Origin: Camelus ferus
Lineage: Eukaryota
Length of the DNA: 64,000 nucleotides
Direction: 5' to 3'
Assembly: GCF_009834535.1 (NCBI RefSeq)
Contig: NC_045697.1
Location: 82,152,001 to 82,216,000, forward strand
The notes under the pieces were generated by a model. That model made no database searches, was not told where the DNA came from, and worked only from the letters and a program-made list of their open reading frames with translations. Each line of letters begins with the position of its first letter. Position 1 is the first letter of the stretch. Position numbers and translations under genes: made by a program. Of the stretch, positions 12,698-26,280 are shown piece by piece.

Positions 12698-13494
12698 CAT
12701 CAACATTTTTTTTTTAATTGAGTTAATACTGATTAATAGTAAAAACAAGGAAATTAGGCAACTTTAAATATTCAGTCAGAATGGAGTTGGTGAAAACAGA
12801 TAACTGAACTGGTACTAGAATATATGACTCTTTTACACATTTCTCCATTATCTGTCCCCAGTTTCTGCTCCTCTGACATCATCTCTTTATTTCTCAGCAA
12901 GACTAGATTTGCCAGATTTTTTTTCCCCTGGTGGGACATGATTCCAATTTAGTAGGATATTGCAAAGCATAAGAGAAATCATATTTACCATTTGCTATTA
13001 GTTAAATTTCAGTTAACATTACTTGCCATTTGTTAAAAAAAAAAAAAAAAACTGGGGTCTGGCATTTTTGAGAGATGTGATAAATACTAAGAGTGAGAGG
13101 GCAAGGTTTAGAAAAGTTTTGGCTTCTATAAGCTTCAGTAAGAAAAACTTATTAAAATTAGCCACCTAAAGGGATAATCCTCTCAAGTGAGTTCTAAGTT
13201 TATAACATGCATTACAGATATTATGAAGTATCACTTTGACATTTATCTTCATGTATAACTTATAACTTTTCTATGGTTGTTTTTGGCTATGCCTTTTTAA
13301 AATCAAATTTTAAAACTCTTTCTTAACTGTGTCTGGACTTTTGAATCATAGAGAAAAGTGTTTTTCCTCTTGAATGTTTGAAAAATTCTATAATTAAAGC
13401 TAAACAAAGAAATAATTTTCCTATTTGAGTAATAGCAGCTAATACTTCCTGAAAAATGTGTATGTTCCTGGCTCCAGACTAAATCCTTTGGATG

Positions 13495-14140
13495 CATCAT
13501 CACATATATTCCTTAGGGTAAACTCGTAAGATTCTTCTGTTGTCCCCTTACATGCAAGGAAGTTTCAACTGCATAAAAGTTGTGAGTTAAGTTTTATATG
13601 GATCCAAATGAAGACTATAGTCCAAGAGACAAACTGTCAGATAGCGCTAAGGAACTGCTCTGAAGAGGTAGATGGTGGTCAGTATCTAGGTGGTTTTAGT
13701 GAAGAGGGGATGCATGTAATGAAGCACACATTTTTGCAGAAGGTGCTGCTAATCACAAGGCTGCTGTTGTTAGTCACGAGGAGATGTTTCTGTTGATGAT
13801 TTCAGTGCTTTTCTAGATATGGGGAGATGCAGGCTCATAAAATTTTCTGAAAATATCTAAGTGTCTGAAGGCCTTAGGTATTTTCCCAGAGCATAGAGTG
13901 CCTCATTTCTGTTCTCAATCCTGAACTCCTTTCAGGGTGTGTTGAAATTCCCCATAAGAGGAAGCAACTGTAGTGGCTTGTGACTTCATTCTTGTAGAGC
14001 CAGATGGCGAACAGCAATTTTTAGTTGGCAAAAAAAAAAACTCAAAGATTTAAGTTGCCCCAAAAATGTCTTGCTACGAAATGGCAGAATTAGAATTTAG
14101 AACCCCATGTCTGTTTCCACGGCCCACATGCATAACCAGA
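13495..14140 (-). mobile_element. MIR SINE interrupted by a solo LTR
   Basis: left half '...gttgtccccttacatgcaaggaa' and right half 'ctcaaagatttaagttgcccc...atggcagaattagaatttagaacccc' join into the antisense MIR core. Confidence 0.65.
13563..14030 (-). mobile_element. ERV1 solo LTR (MER41-like cetartiodactyl family)
   Basis: ~470 bp; imperfect inverted termini tttcaact...agttggca; internal 'aagcacacatttttgcagaaggt', 'agtgcttttctagatatg', 'ccctgaactcctttcagggtgtgttgaa'-like motifs. Confidence 0.8.
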
Positions 14141-17100
14141 CCTTATTGTCTAATTGCGTGTTAAAGTACTTTATTCCAGCAAGAGTTGTTGCTATGCCTT
14201 GTTTTCCACTTGACCTGTCTTGAATTGGGAGTAGCATGTGACTTTTTCCTATTACCAGCAAATTTTGTAGGACCCCTTTATCTCCTTAATTTCTGCTTTA
14301 TGCAAATAATGATTTAGTTAATACATAGATATTTATAACTATTGTATTCTATTATGCATTGTATATTTTAACATAGAGCGTCTTTCTTTTGTTGGTAGGA
14401 AAATCCAATCCCTGCTTCTTGTTATTTAATTTGTCTGATATATATTGCTCATGCCTTCATTTTGTTTAGCTTTTTTGAATAACTGTGTTACTCTTTCTTT
14501 TTCTACATCTCTTCTTTTTAAGATATCAGTTGTTAATTTAATTACCACAGGGAAGCTGGCTGAGTCTTGAAATTGTAGTGGAGCAAAATTTCCTGACAAT
14601 TTTGGTATACTCATTTTCAAGAGTTTGCAGTTTCTTTTTTCTTTTTTTCGATTTTTTTTTCCAATTCCTGACTAATTCCAAGGCGTGACTTACAAAGGCA
14701 ATTTGAGGAGTTGAAGAATGCATTTTAGATAAAAGAAATTCTTTGAATGGTAGACACTTTTGTAGTGTTATCAACACAAAAGCACTAACATATACTCTTG
14801 CTTCTAAGATTATAGCATAGTGAGAAGTTTTTATGCTATTATTCATTGCTTTTGAAATGTTGGCTCATGTATTTCAAACAATACTTGGTACCAGTTTCTG
14901 AGATTTCAGTGTGCTATATCCACAACAGAGTTGTCAAATACCAACTTGCTAAATATGTTAGGAAGCATGTCAAAATATACTACTATTAGACTACATCCAA
15001 TAAAACTGTAAAAATAACCTACAACCTTTTTATTAACAATAGCTTTGATGAATTCTAAGTAAGATTATTATATTTCATTGAACATTTATTCAAATGTAGT
15101 CAACATACATAGTCTAAATTTATCAAGGGGCAAAAAACATGCATTTATATCATTAGATTGCAAATAAATTTAATAGAGGATGTATTTTTCAATAACTGAG
15201 CACTTTTGCATTTTCTCTGTGTATTACATTATTTTGCTTTTGCTTGTAGATGCCTTTGATATTAGATATTAATATGAAATTCAGCAGCTAAGATAAGGAA
15301 AATATAGGAATGGGAAACAGAATATCAAAAATTTAGTTGGTTTATTTTTCTTTTTGTCTGAAGTATTTAATGTCATGGGTAGATATATAGATGAATTAGT
15401 GAAATCAGTACTAAAGCTAATTTAAAAAAAAGAAAATCCATTGTTACTACATAATAAACATCAATAGAATGCATAGATGAATAAACTTTTATTCTGGAAA
15501 GTTAGGTGTTCCCACGTGGTTAGATTGCTCTTAATATTGTTATACAGCTAAAGATGATATCTCCAAAGACACCTTGCCAAAAGTGGCATTAACCAATTTA
15601 CACTTGGTATGTAGGCATTTGGCCATATCCATAGAAAGTAATAGATTTACAAGTGTTCTTATTGATCTGCAAATTCAACAGCCTAGTGATAATTCATATT
15701 AGGGCTAATAAAGAACATTTAGTTTTTGGCTGTCAATAGGAGCAAAACTCCATGTGCTCAACTTCTACCTTTAAAAAAAAATTTTATAATTCATCAAAGT
15801 CATACTTTCAAACTACAAATGCCTTTTTAGGATCTTAATTTGTTTCATAAAACATTATATTGTATTTCATCTACATAAAACATAATTTATTTCATTTTTC
15901 ATCATTTATAAATCTTATATAATTATCTTGATATTCAAATTGTTTGAAGGCCTATTTTCCTTTAATTTTTGTAAATTAAGATTATTACATTTCATTGAAC
16001 ATTATAGTTCTTATAATTCTATAAATGTGAACAAATGAAAAAATTGAAATAGTCAAACAAGGTCTGAAATATAAGGATCCTATATAATTCAATTTTTTTC
16101 CTTTTGGTAACTTAGCTTGTTGAATTATATTGTATTTTAGGTCAGAGAGGAAATCAGAATAGTTAACGGTGTGTGAGAAAAGTTATTCTAAGCTATGTGT
16201 GATGAAATGGAGAAATAGATGTAAAGATAGGTAGAGATAGATCAGAGGGGGAAAAAGGAATTAGGTTAAGTTTGCCAGAGTAAGTGATTTAGTAATCCAA
16301 ACACCAAAAAGTACACCAAAAATATTTTTCCATATGGACATTAAAGAAGGCTCAACAACATTCATACTACAATGAAATGACTAGAGTGGAGTTTTTACCT
16401 GATTATCAGTTGTTACTTAAGAGTCAGTTAAAACGTTCTTATATCTTCAGTACCCAAAAATGATGATAAAGTGATGTCTCCAACCTGGATACTGATGAGT
16501 AAAACCAAATGTTGAAATAAACATAAGAAATGAGAACAGAGAGATAATCTATTTCCAAATGTTGGAGATCAGGACTTTCATAAGTAAGAACATTAAAATT
16601 GTTCTATATAGTCTGTACTTAAAAATACACAATAGAAGATAGAGGTTTTCTCTTTAAATTGTTGGTTTTTGTGGTGGCCTGAAAATCTATGACTCTAGAG
16701 GAATTCTACTTTAAGTTATTTTTCTGCAATAGCATCTGAGCAAGGCAGTGCCTGAGTTGCCCTATCTAGTGATGCAACTTATAGTTTATTGTATCATCTA
16801 TCCCAGATATTTATATTATCATATATGTTTGATACTATTCTAGAAAATTAGGAAGAAGGGCTACATGGAATCAAGTGAAGTATTTAAAGTAAACGGTTCT
16901 GATTTATTGAGAATAATTTTTATGCATAGTAAAGTGATCATTGAACCAGAATTACCAGACTCTTACTCACAAAACCTTTTGCATTAATCCAGAATTTCTT
17001 TTTTTTCCTGCTGAAAATATTTTTCAGTTCTGTGACAATCATTTTACAGAATCCTTTGTAAAATTTTAAAGTTACTCTAGGAATAAGATTCTAAGTATTT

Positions 17101-20100
17101 AAGAAAATATTTGACATTGTAGAAACCAATATGCAATGGCATGAGAGAAAATTGTTACAATTTTCAGGAGATGAAAGAAAAAGATTGATTAAAATGGGTA
17201 AATAGGAAAAAAGTACTCCAAAAAATCTTTAGATCCTGTTGATTTTAATATGGTATATTTAAGAAGCATATTCATAACAATTTCCAGAAATTGTATGTAT
17301 AAAATATTAGCACATAATAAAGAAACATCAACAAAGCAAGGAGGTAGATTTTATACTAGAAAGGCACTCAGTAATAAATCATAGTCATCATCTAATTTGT
17401 TCAAAACAATTATTTGAAAAACAGTAGGAAAACAAAAGTGCTTTGTCTTATCCTCAAATGATAGTATAAACTAAAACTTAAAAAGTAAAGGGCTTTATAA
17501 GTCATAATTCTCTGATCAATACCAATTAATTTTCTTGCTAATATATACTGCTTAACACAGATACTATTCTAATTTCCTATTATTTCTAAAGAGCAAGTGA
17601 AATTCTCTTCCAGCACATATGGTATTGCATTTAAAATTTTAGTTATAAATCTAGGTAGAGATCTGCATTCAGTATTTCAAAGAGAGCAATTTATCATAAA
17701 TTAATCACCAAGTAGATACTGGGAATAAGGTATTTTCTAAATGAATACAGGTTATTGATAAACATTATGCCAGTTTCAGTTCATATTTAACAAATTTAGC
17801 TATGGAATAAAGCTTTTGCTGCATAAAATACCCCATCAAGTCTGTATTACCACATATATATAGGTGTATTTAATTTCAATACAGTCTTTAGGATATTAGA
17901 TAATATGATTATGTAAATAAGACTAAGCTATGATAATTAAAAGTTAAGCCTTTGTAAGAAAATGTATTATATACCTAAATACACATTTCTTTTAAGGTAA
18001 CTCTAAGTATTTTAAGCAGTAAATGTTAAAAAAAATTAAATATTGATAATTAATCATTCTTGGGTGCTTACTATATCCTAAGTACAGACTAACTGATTAA
18101 AGAATTCTTTTTGATTATATCACATTTTTTTCCAGAAAAAATTAAAGACTATTCTATCTTTTATTTAATGTGTTTCCATAATATGATTATAGTGCTTTTA
18201 AAATACATAAAGTTACATTTAATTAATTCTGTGGTTTTCAACTTCATATAGGACTGAGAAAACACTAATTGTTACCCTTTTTTCCCCCTTGTCTGAAATG
18301 CAAGGAAGCCATCTAGTGTTTGCAGGAATAATTTTTATCTTCCAAAGTAATTAAATGAGAAAATAAGGGAGTCATACTTTCAATTCTAAACTCTGCTTTG
18401 TAGTCTTCTGTGGGAAATTTATGAATTTAATTTTTAGCCACATTTAATAGGTCTGGTAATTCAAACATAGATACAGAAAATAAATAAATAAATACAAATC
18501 ACACTATAAGTTAATCATGTGACTGTTCTAAAAAGCATATATGCAGCTTAATACTATTTCAACTGAGTCAATATACAGAATAAATGTCTTTAAATGTATA
18601 TTTCAATATTTTCCACTTCTCAGTCTGTTTCATAAATCTATCAAAATAATTGTTTACAAAATATGAAATTTGTAAACTCTTAGATTAAAAAAGGTAAAAA
18701 TAAATCAATTATATTAATATTTTACCTAAAAGAAATTATATTCTGAAATTCCTGATGCTAGCACTAGACATGTTGGAGATTAAATTGCCCATTCACTGTC
18801 TTTCGGAAGGAACACACTGTGACACAGGAAAAGACCGTGTCAAAGGGAGAACTAAGGTTTCCTGAGTCACAGGTCTGCATTCCTTTTACATCAACAGTTC
18901 CCACCATGCTCAAAACAAAACAAGACAAACATGAGACATTTCACTTCTAACTGAATATTTCACTCTATATTTTCTCCTTATTGCAATGATTTATAGCAGT
19001 GTATAGTTTTGCTACGTTATATACTTTGGATTGTACCACTCCAAGCCAATTTAAATTATCCAATACAGAAGTCAGGTCAAGCTTTGTTCTTACCATTTTT
19101 TCACCACGTACCTTGAAGAGCTTGAAAACTTATTTGCACAGTCTGTTTCAAACAAAAGAAAGCAGATGGTTTTGAGATGACTGAATTCTCAAATTACTAA
19201 TAATAAAGAACCAAGTGGTCATGATTTTCATGGTAGTCATTGCAATATTCACTTTCCAATTTTCAGCAATAAGAAACTATTAAAGAAAATAAAAAAATGA
19301 TATCTATGGTATTTGTGTAAATTAGTATTTCTCCATGTGTTTGCTGAGTTAAGTAAGTACCATGGCTCAATTATTCAGCTGACATCCATTCAGAGGAATT
19401 CTTTCCATCTGTTTGAATCCATTTTAAACAGGATCATTTAAGAAAATGAACTTATAATAACATATGGTAACTAAATTCAGTATGGATTTTCCACTGCATT
19501 GATCAACTTAGAGAAATTCTCTTATGCAAATACAAATGTTCACAAGCCAAAATTTTTCCTCTAGCATAGCTGTGGTTCAGAAGATGAGAAGGAAAATTAT
19601 ACTTTTCAGAAGTGTCAGTTGCATATGTTACTCTCAGTCCTATTTGGTGGCCTGGGATTGTATCATGTATATGGTGTATGTTTTCCTTGAGGAATACAAG
19701 GGATTTTGGTTATTGATTTTTAAAGTGCTTTGAAGTTTACTGTTTAGAGTGACATTTATATTTATGTTAAACAGATTCAAACTTGTTGGTTAGACAGAAG
19801 ACTGACTCTCTAAATTTAATAACTTTATAAGTTCAGACAGTTCTGTACAGGGAGAAAAATGGTGAAATAACCTTCTAATCAAGTAATGTAGTGCCCAGGC
19901 TTGTTTGACTTGACTTTCTAGCTCAATAATGCCTTTAGTTGAAACTCTATAATTCACAGTGTTAGACTATTTTGCAATTCATGATGGAACACTTTGTTGT
20001 ATCATTGAAATTTTAACAAACAGGTTTGAGTCTCTCTCTTTTGTTTAATTTGCTCTCATTTTACTTTTTTGGGAAGACTTTAATATTATGAAATGTTAAT

Positions 20101-20499
20101 GAAAGGAAATAGCAAAATAAAGTTAGGTATATCTTACCTATGCCAAAACTTACCTATGTACAAATACAGGTATCTGTTATTCCAGGACAGTTTCTAAGTA
20201 TTCTCCATATTACTCTTCATGAACACAGATCTCTTTTATACAAACTTTACCCCTAAATTCCAATGTTCCTTATAATCTCTGTGCTACCCACCTTCACTGA
20301 ACCTTTCTCTACTGTTCAAACCAGGAAGCCATAGAAAAATCTGAGACATCTAGATGAAACTTGAAAAGTGAGGTAACTTGGTAATTTATGCAAAGAATTA
20401 AAACATGATGAATGCTGTGAAGAAAGACAGTAAATGAAGCACAGGGTGACAGTTGATTCATTATGGGCAATATGGAAAAATCCAGGATTCATAAAATTT

Positions 20500-20620
20500 A
20501 TGGTTATTTTCATTACTTTATTGCTGAGTTTTGTCTGTCTTTTTCACTGAAAATCAAAGACCATGACAACAAGAGATTATGTGCACCATTCACCATTGTA
20601 TATCCAGTTCCTGGCAAAAA
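20500..20620 (+). mobile_element. LINE-2 3' fragment
   Basis: 'gtctgtctttttcactgaaaatcaaagaccatga...ttcaccattgtatatccagttcctggca'. Confidence 0.55.
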
Positions 20621-22559
20621 AATACATATATAACTATATTTGATTTATCAGTTCTCCTGACCCACCCCCACACTCCTGCCTCTCCTATTTCCATTTTTGT
20701 ACAATAAACTAATGATTGATAACAGTGTTGCTCAGCAGAATTTTAGTATCTTATTTTTTTAAATGTTTTCTTCTGTTTTGGTCTATTAAATGTTGAAATC
20801 ACTAAATAGCTCTTTTATTAAAGCAATAACTGAGGCAATCTTTTCATAAATCCTGGGACAAAGAGAGAGAGAGAAAGAAAAGAGGGGAAGAGATAATAAT
20901 CTATTTAGTATCTTGAAATCATATTGATCTTAAGTAATGTCCAAAATAACTTGGAAGGAATTTAATATTGAGGCAAAAAATCCCACCCTATACTATTAAA
21001 GAGTAAAATTCCCCAGACAGAAAAAACTCAAACTTAATATTGAATTACTGTTAAAAATTCAACATTAAAGATTAAATAAATATTAAAATTCTTTAATCTC
21101 TTTTCTTTGGTCCTATCTCATTTTCTGTCTTACATTTATCTTTGACTATATGTTTCTTCGGCAGTTATAATTAGCATTTTTTTTAGTGTGTTATAAACAA
21201 CCCTTGTTTAAATTATTATCTATGAGAAATAATTTCTGTATCCTTACCTTGAATATAAATGATTTAGCTGAATTTAAGTACCTCAAATTGTATAGTGCCA
21301 GGCTTTGCTATTGTTTTTGTCAAATATACCCTCCAAAATTCGAGATGTATTGCATATGTATGTAATATTGATATATTCATTATAGCTATATAATATAATG
21401 CTTACTAATAAGCCTTTTCCTAGTTTAAGGTAAGTTAGTAGAAAGACTACCTCATTTCATGTCTTTTTAAATCATATTAGCTTAAATATGGACTTGGGAA
21501 ATACTGTTAGAACAGATAATTTTTTATGGAATATATCTATAAGGAAGTTGCAAAAAGACAATAAATATGCAAACCTATACATTGAGAGTGTCCTTCAGAA
21601 TATAGTTATTTCTTTCTTCTGAAGAATAACAGGTAACCTTGTTTGCAGTTCAGATATTAATGTGTTTCACTGTTATAATATATTGTGATTCAGAGATGAC
21701 ATTTTGTTAGCATGATTTGGACATAGAAATGTCCTTAGTTTTTTTTTCTCTCTCTAAATCTAATAAATCAGAACAATAATAATTAGACATTTTCCATCCA
21801 AATAGGTTTTAAAAGGATGAATAAATGAGAAGTAACCCCCAAATTAAAGACATTTCCCATGTGCACATATCCCTTTAACATTTTATCTTTTTTATTAGAA
21901 TGTAATATAAAAATTGTTTTTTAAATTTACTTTGTAAATTATTTGAAGTTACTTAAAGGAAGGAATTTTTTAATCCTGTTTCTATACTTAAAATGTAGTA
22001 GGTGCCTAGTACAGTTTAGATGCTCAATAAATACTGAAATAATTGAATTAGCGACTTACCTTCTAATATAATGACTTAAGATTTGAGAGATCGTTATGTC
22101 ATTAGCATCTTGCTTCAAATGTACAGGATATAAAAAGCAAATGGTTATGAAGAGGAATAATTATAAATAATATAGGTGAGGAACAGGAGTATACTCCTGC
22201 TGTGATTGCTACACTTGTCCTTTTCATATGGTATCTGAGCTATAACTCTACTTTTCTGTGTTTCACTAGTTATTCAAGATGGGGCCTACATAACTGATAG
22301 TCTTCCAAAAAGAAACATTAACACCATATTTGTATATGTCTTATTCATGTTTACAAGTGTATATCTGACCCATCAGTTTATATATCCTGGGACCAAAGAC
22401 ATTGGATATTAAAGGGGAGTGCTGGGAAATAGTCATCATTGCTACAATTTATTTTTTTTCTCTAATATGTGCAATATAACTTCTCTAAAGTTTTTAAAGT
22501 TTCTATTTTGCATGCTCAATTAAATTGAAATGTTTGAATAGGCTTTTTAGGGATTGAAT

Positions 22560-22700
22560 TTGCAGTCAGTAAACATATATTGAGTGCCAAATATTGTCAG
22601 GCATGGTTCCAGCTTCTAGGCATATGTTAATAAGACAATTACCATTCTTTGCATGCACTTTACACTATCATGGAAAAAGTGAAGTAGGCTGCCAGTAAAT
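22560..22700 (-). mobile_element. LINE-2 3' fragment
   Basis: 'aaacatatattgagtgccaaatattgtcaggcatggttc' is an antisense L2 tail. Confidence 0.55.
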
Positions 22701-23001
22701 AAACCAATCGGCAACATGATTAAATGTTTGTTTATTTTTATTCTTTTTAACAAAAGCCTAGATGGAAAGTTACAACCTTGAAAAAATTAATCAATATTTG
22801 AATTATACTTATCTACAACTTGACTTTAGATTTGGCAATGGAGCACAAGGAAATTTTAGTTCAAACCTAAAAGAATGCATTGCAATAGCATGGTAGAATG
22901 TCTATAGAATGTTTACTAAATATGTATTATATATTAAATTATATACATATATACACCAAATATGTATATACGTAAATAGATATATAGATATATATTGTGT
23001 G

Positions 23002-23835
23002 CAGAATACTTCATAGATGTTACAGGTTTAGTTCCAAACCACTGCATTAAAGCAAATACCACAATAAAGCGAGTAACACAATTTTTTTCGTTTCCCTTTC
23101 CATATAAAAGCTATGTTTATACGATAGTGTAGTCTGTTAAGTGTGCAATAGCATACGTCTCAGGAAACAATGTACATACCTTAATTTAAAAATACTTTAT
23201 TGCTTAAAAATGCTATCAGCTGAGCCTTCAGAGAGTTGTAATCTTTTTCTGGTGAAGGGTCTTACCTTGATGTTGAGGACTGTTGACTGCTCAGGGTGGT
23301 GGTTCTTGAAGGCTGGGGTGACTATGGCAATTTTTAAAAATGTGACAATGAAGTTTGCCACATCAATTGACTCTTTAACTTGAACACTTAGAAGCCATTG
23401 TAGGGTTGTTAATTGGCCTAATTTCAATATTGTTGTATCTCAGAAACTGGGGAGGCCCTAGAAGAAGGAGGTAGATAAGGGACTGACTGGTGGTGGTGAA
23501 GTCAGGACACATGCATTCATCAGTTAAATTTGCCATTTCATATACATGTGGTTCTTGGCCTCCTTAAATAATTACCACAGTAATATCACAGATCACTGAT
23601 AATGGATCACCATAAAAATAGCATAATTATTAAAAAGTTTGAAATATTGCAAGAATTACCAAAATGTGGCTAGGAAGAGATAGGAAGAGACAGAGATAGG
23701 AAGTAAGCAAATACTGTTGGAAAAATGACACCTATGGACTTGCTCCAAGCAGGGTTGCCACAAAACTTCAATTTATAAACAATACAATATCTGTGAAGTG
23801 CAAAAAGCAAAGCACACTAAAATGAGGTATGCCTA
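23002..23835 (-). mobile_element. Non-autonomous Tigger1 derivative (Tigger1a-like) with both TIRs
   Basis: TIR-like ends 'cagaatacttca' and 'tgaggtatgcct'; the Tigger1 5' arm up to the transposase ATG (cat 23396-23398) is fused to the 3' arm at ~23369-23376. Confidence 0.9.
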
Positions 23836-25161
23836 TGTGCATTTATATATAGGTATATAAATAATTCTATACTTATATATGTAAATTTTATAATTATATA
23901 TTTATATATTAAATAGTTAATGTATATTACAGAGTACACACTGCTTTGGGGAATTTTTATTGAACTTCTTAAGTATAATGTCAGAAAAAATATTAATAGA
24001 AAGTTAATAAATGATTATTTATAAGCATAAACAATATTTTCACATTCCCCATCTGTAGATTGTTTTAGTGCATAAGTATATAATTTTTAATTTAACAGGA
24101 CCTCAAGTTGAACTGTAGCAGTGTATTATTCTGTTCTGTATTTCATGAAAATAGAAGTAAAAATTGGAGAAATTCCACAGGCAAGTTGTTACAATAATAA
24201 TCAACTTGCTATGTGTAAGATTCATTTACAGAAATTTCCTTCCCTTGACCTTCAGAATCTCATGGTTATTTTACAAATGAAGAGCATATTTAGAAAGGAA
24301 ATCTACAGATGCCTCAAATAAATGAATAATAAATTAAAAGAAACAACACTGCTCCTTACTAAAACTTACCAAAGCAGCATTTTAGGTTTTTGCTGTTCAC
24401 TGTGGTCTGAGTTCGTGAAACACAGCTATTTGGTGGAGGTGTATTGAATAATAAAAGAAGTCACTGCAAAGTCAGTGAGAGGAATATTTTGAAAGCTCTT
24501 TTCATGAAATATATATTTAAGTTTTTTTAGACCTTTCTTAAGAGCTAAGGAATAAAAAATACAGCATGCCATAGTCAGCAACTCACTCAAAAGACAAGAA
24601 ATTGTGTCTATCAAAACAATTTTTACAATGCTGTAGATACTTTTGAAGGAAATAACACTGAAATCAGTTGAAGGTGAATCTGATAGATGCATGCCATTAG
24701 GTTTTTGACAGTGAAATGGAGAAATGCAATAAAATCAATAGTGAGAAATGACAAGAAAGCAAAATACTGACAAAGGCCAGGAACTCTTAAACAATTTTCT
24801 TCAGAACCATAATTTAATCTTATATTGTCTCTTAAAATTTTATTGCTTAATGGTATTCTTTTATAAATAAATTATTTTAAAAGAGATTTCACTTTTTAAT
24901 GTCTATATCCAGAGAGTTTTTCTCACTGTTCTTGAAAGTTACAAAGACAGTGAGTATGATTATAAAGGTATGTTAGCTAATTAATTTTAGAAAACATCAT
25001 TAAATAGCATAATTGGATAGTCTTGTGGCTTATCTTAAGATTTTATTAAAATATTTCTAAGACTTAAAAAATAAAGAAAATATACAAAGAGTAAATAAAT
25101 ACTAAGGCAAAATGAAGTAAGAGATTGGATCTATTTAAATCTAAAATCTACCCAAATCCCT

Positions 25162-25178
25162 GAAGAAGGAAAGAAATA

Positions 25179-25246
<68 letters not shown>

Positions 25247-25324
25247 AAAGAAAAGAAAAGAAAAGAAAAGAAAAGAAAGAAAGAAAAGGAAGGAAGGAAG
25301 AAAGAAAGGAAGAAAGAAAGAAAA
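25162..25324 (+). repeat. Compound (GAAA)n/(GAAAA)n/(GGAA)n polypurine microsatellite
   Basis: directly visible; ~160 nt of purines with a single T. Confidence 0.98.
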
Positions 25325-25899
25325 CTAAATAAATATAGGAAGAGTATAAATACCATCTAGAGGCCAGAAATTATTGGGGAACTCTTGTAGATAGAAAGCA
25401 GATAAAAGTAGAAGGAACCAAGGAGCAATCAATACACTGCAGGAAGGCCAGAGTGAAAATGATGACAGATTCAGAGAAATGCCTACCCTTCCTCAGCACA
25501 TAGAAAAGCCACACACACACAAAGCAGCTATAACCATCAAGGTGATTACAGACTTGCACCTCAGCAAGAGAAGAGCAACCCCCCCCCCCCCGCCCTGAGG
25601 TATCTGACCTAGGCTAAATTCGCAGGCTAACACTCTTGAGAAAGTGGGAAGGCTTTGTAGCATGGCTGTGGGTATGTAAGTAAAATGGAAAACTTGAGAA
25701 CTTCACAACACTGAGCAGCAGGGCAGAAAGAAACAATCCAAGGGGAGAGAAACACTAATATCCTTCATCACCAAAACAAAGACCCCCTGGGCTGAAGTGG
25801 TGAGGAGGAATAAGACAAAGAAAATATGACCTATTAAATGGTAGAAATAACAAGGAAACATGGAAGTAGAAAATGTGGTAGCCATAACAATAACACCGA

Positions 25900-26280
25900 C
25901 AACAGAAGCAATATAATAGCAGTAATAGTAATAATAAAATAGTAATATAGTTGTGCTGCAACTATTTATTATTTACTGAGTATTTATTTATTATTTCAGG
26001 ACTCATTCTAAATGTATGGTTTGGTATTGATGTTTTCAACACTCGTAACAACCATAGGAGGTAAGTACTGTTTTTCTTCTGTTGTTGGATGTTAGAAAAC
26101 AAGGCATAGAGTATTTAAGTAAATTGCCCTTGGTAATATGATCAGTGTATATTGGTTACCGATTGTTTGACAAGGAAAGGAAACAATTAGGCGAGTTAAC
26201 TAAATTAGCCAGTCAAAAGTTGAGGAGATGCTACTAAAATCAGGCATTTCATCTCCAGTAACAGATAAGATTAACCATGC
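25900..26280 (-). mobile_element. MIR SINE
   Basis: 'tttactgagtattt...aacaaccataggaggtaagtactgtt...gaaaacaaggcatagagtatttaagtaaattgccc'. Confidence 0.75.

Noticed and set aside
22184..22199. 16-bp perfect palindrome caggagtatactcctg
   Set aside because: About one such palindrome is expected by chance in 64 kb.
25141..25356. Phe/Leu/Ser-rich 'membrane' ORF
   Set aside because: Translation of (TTTC)n.
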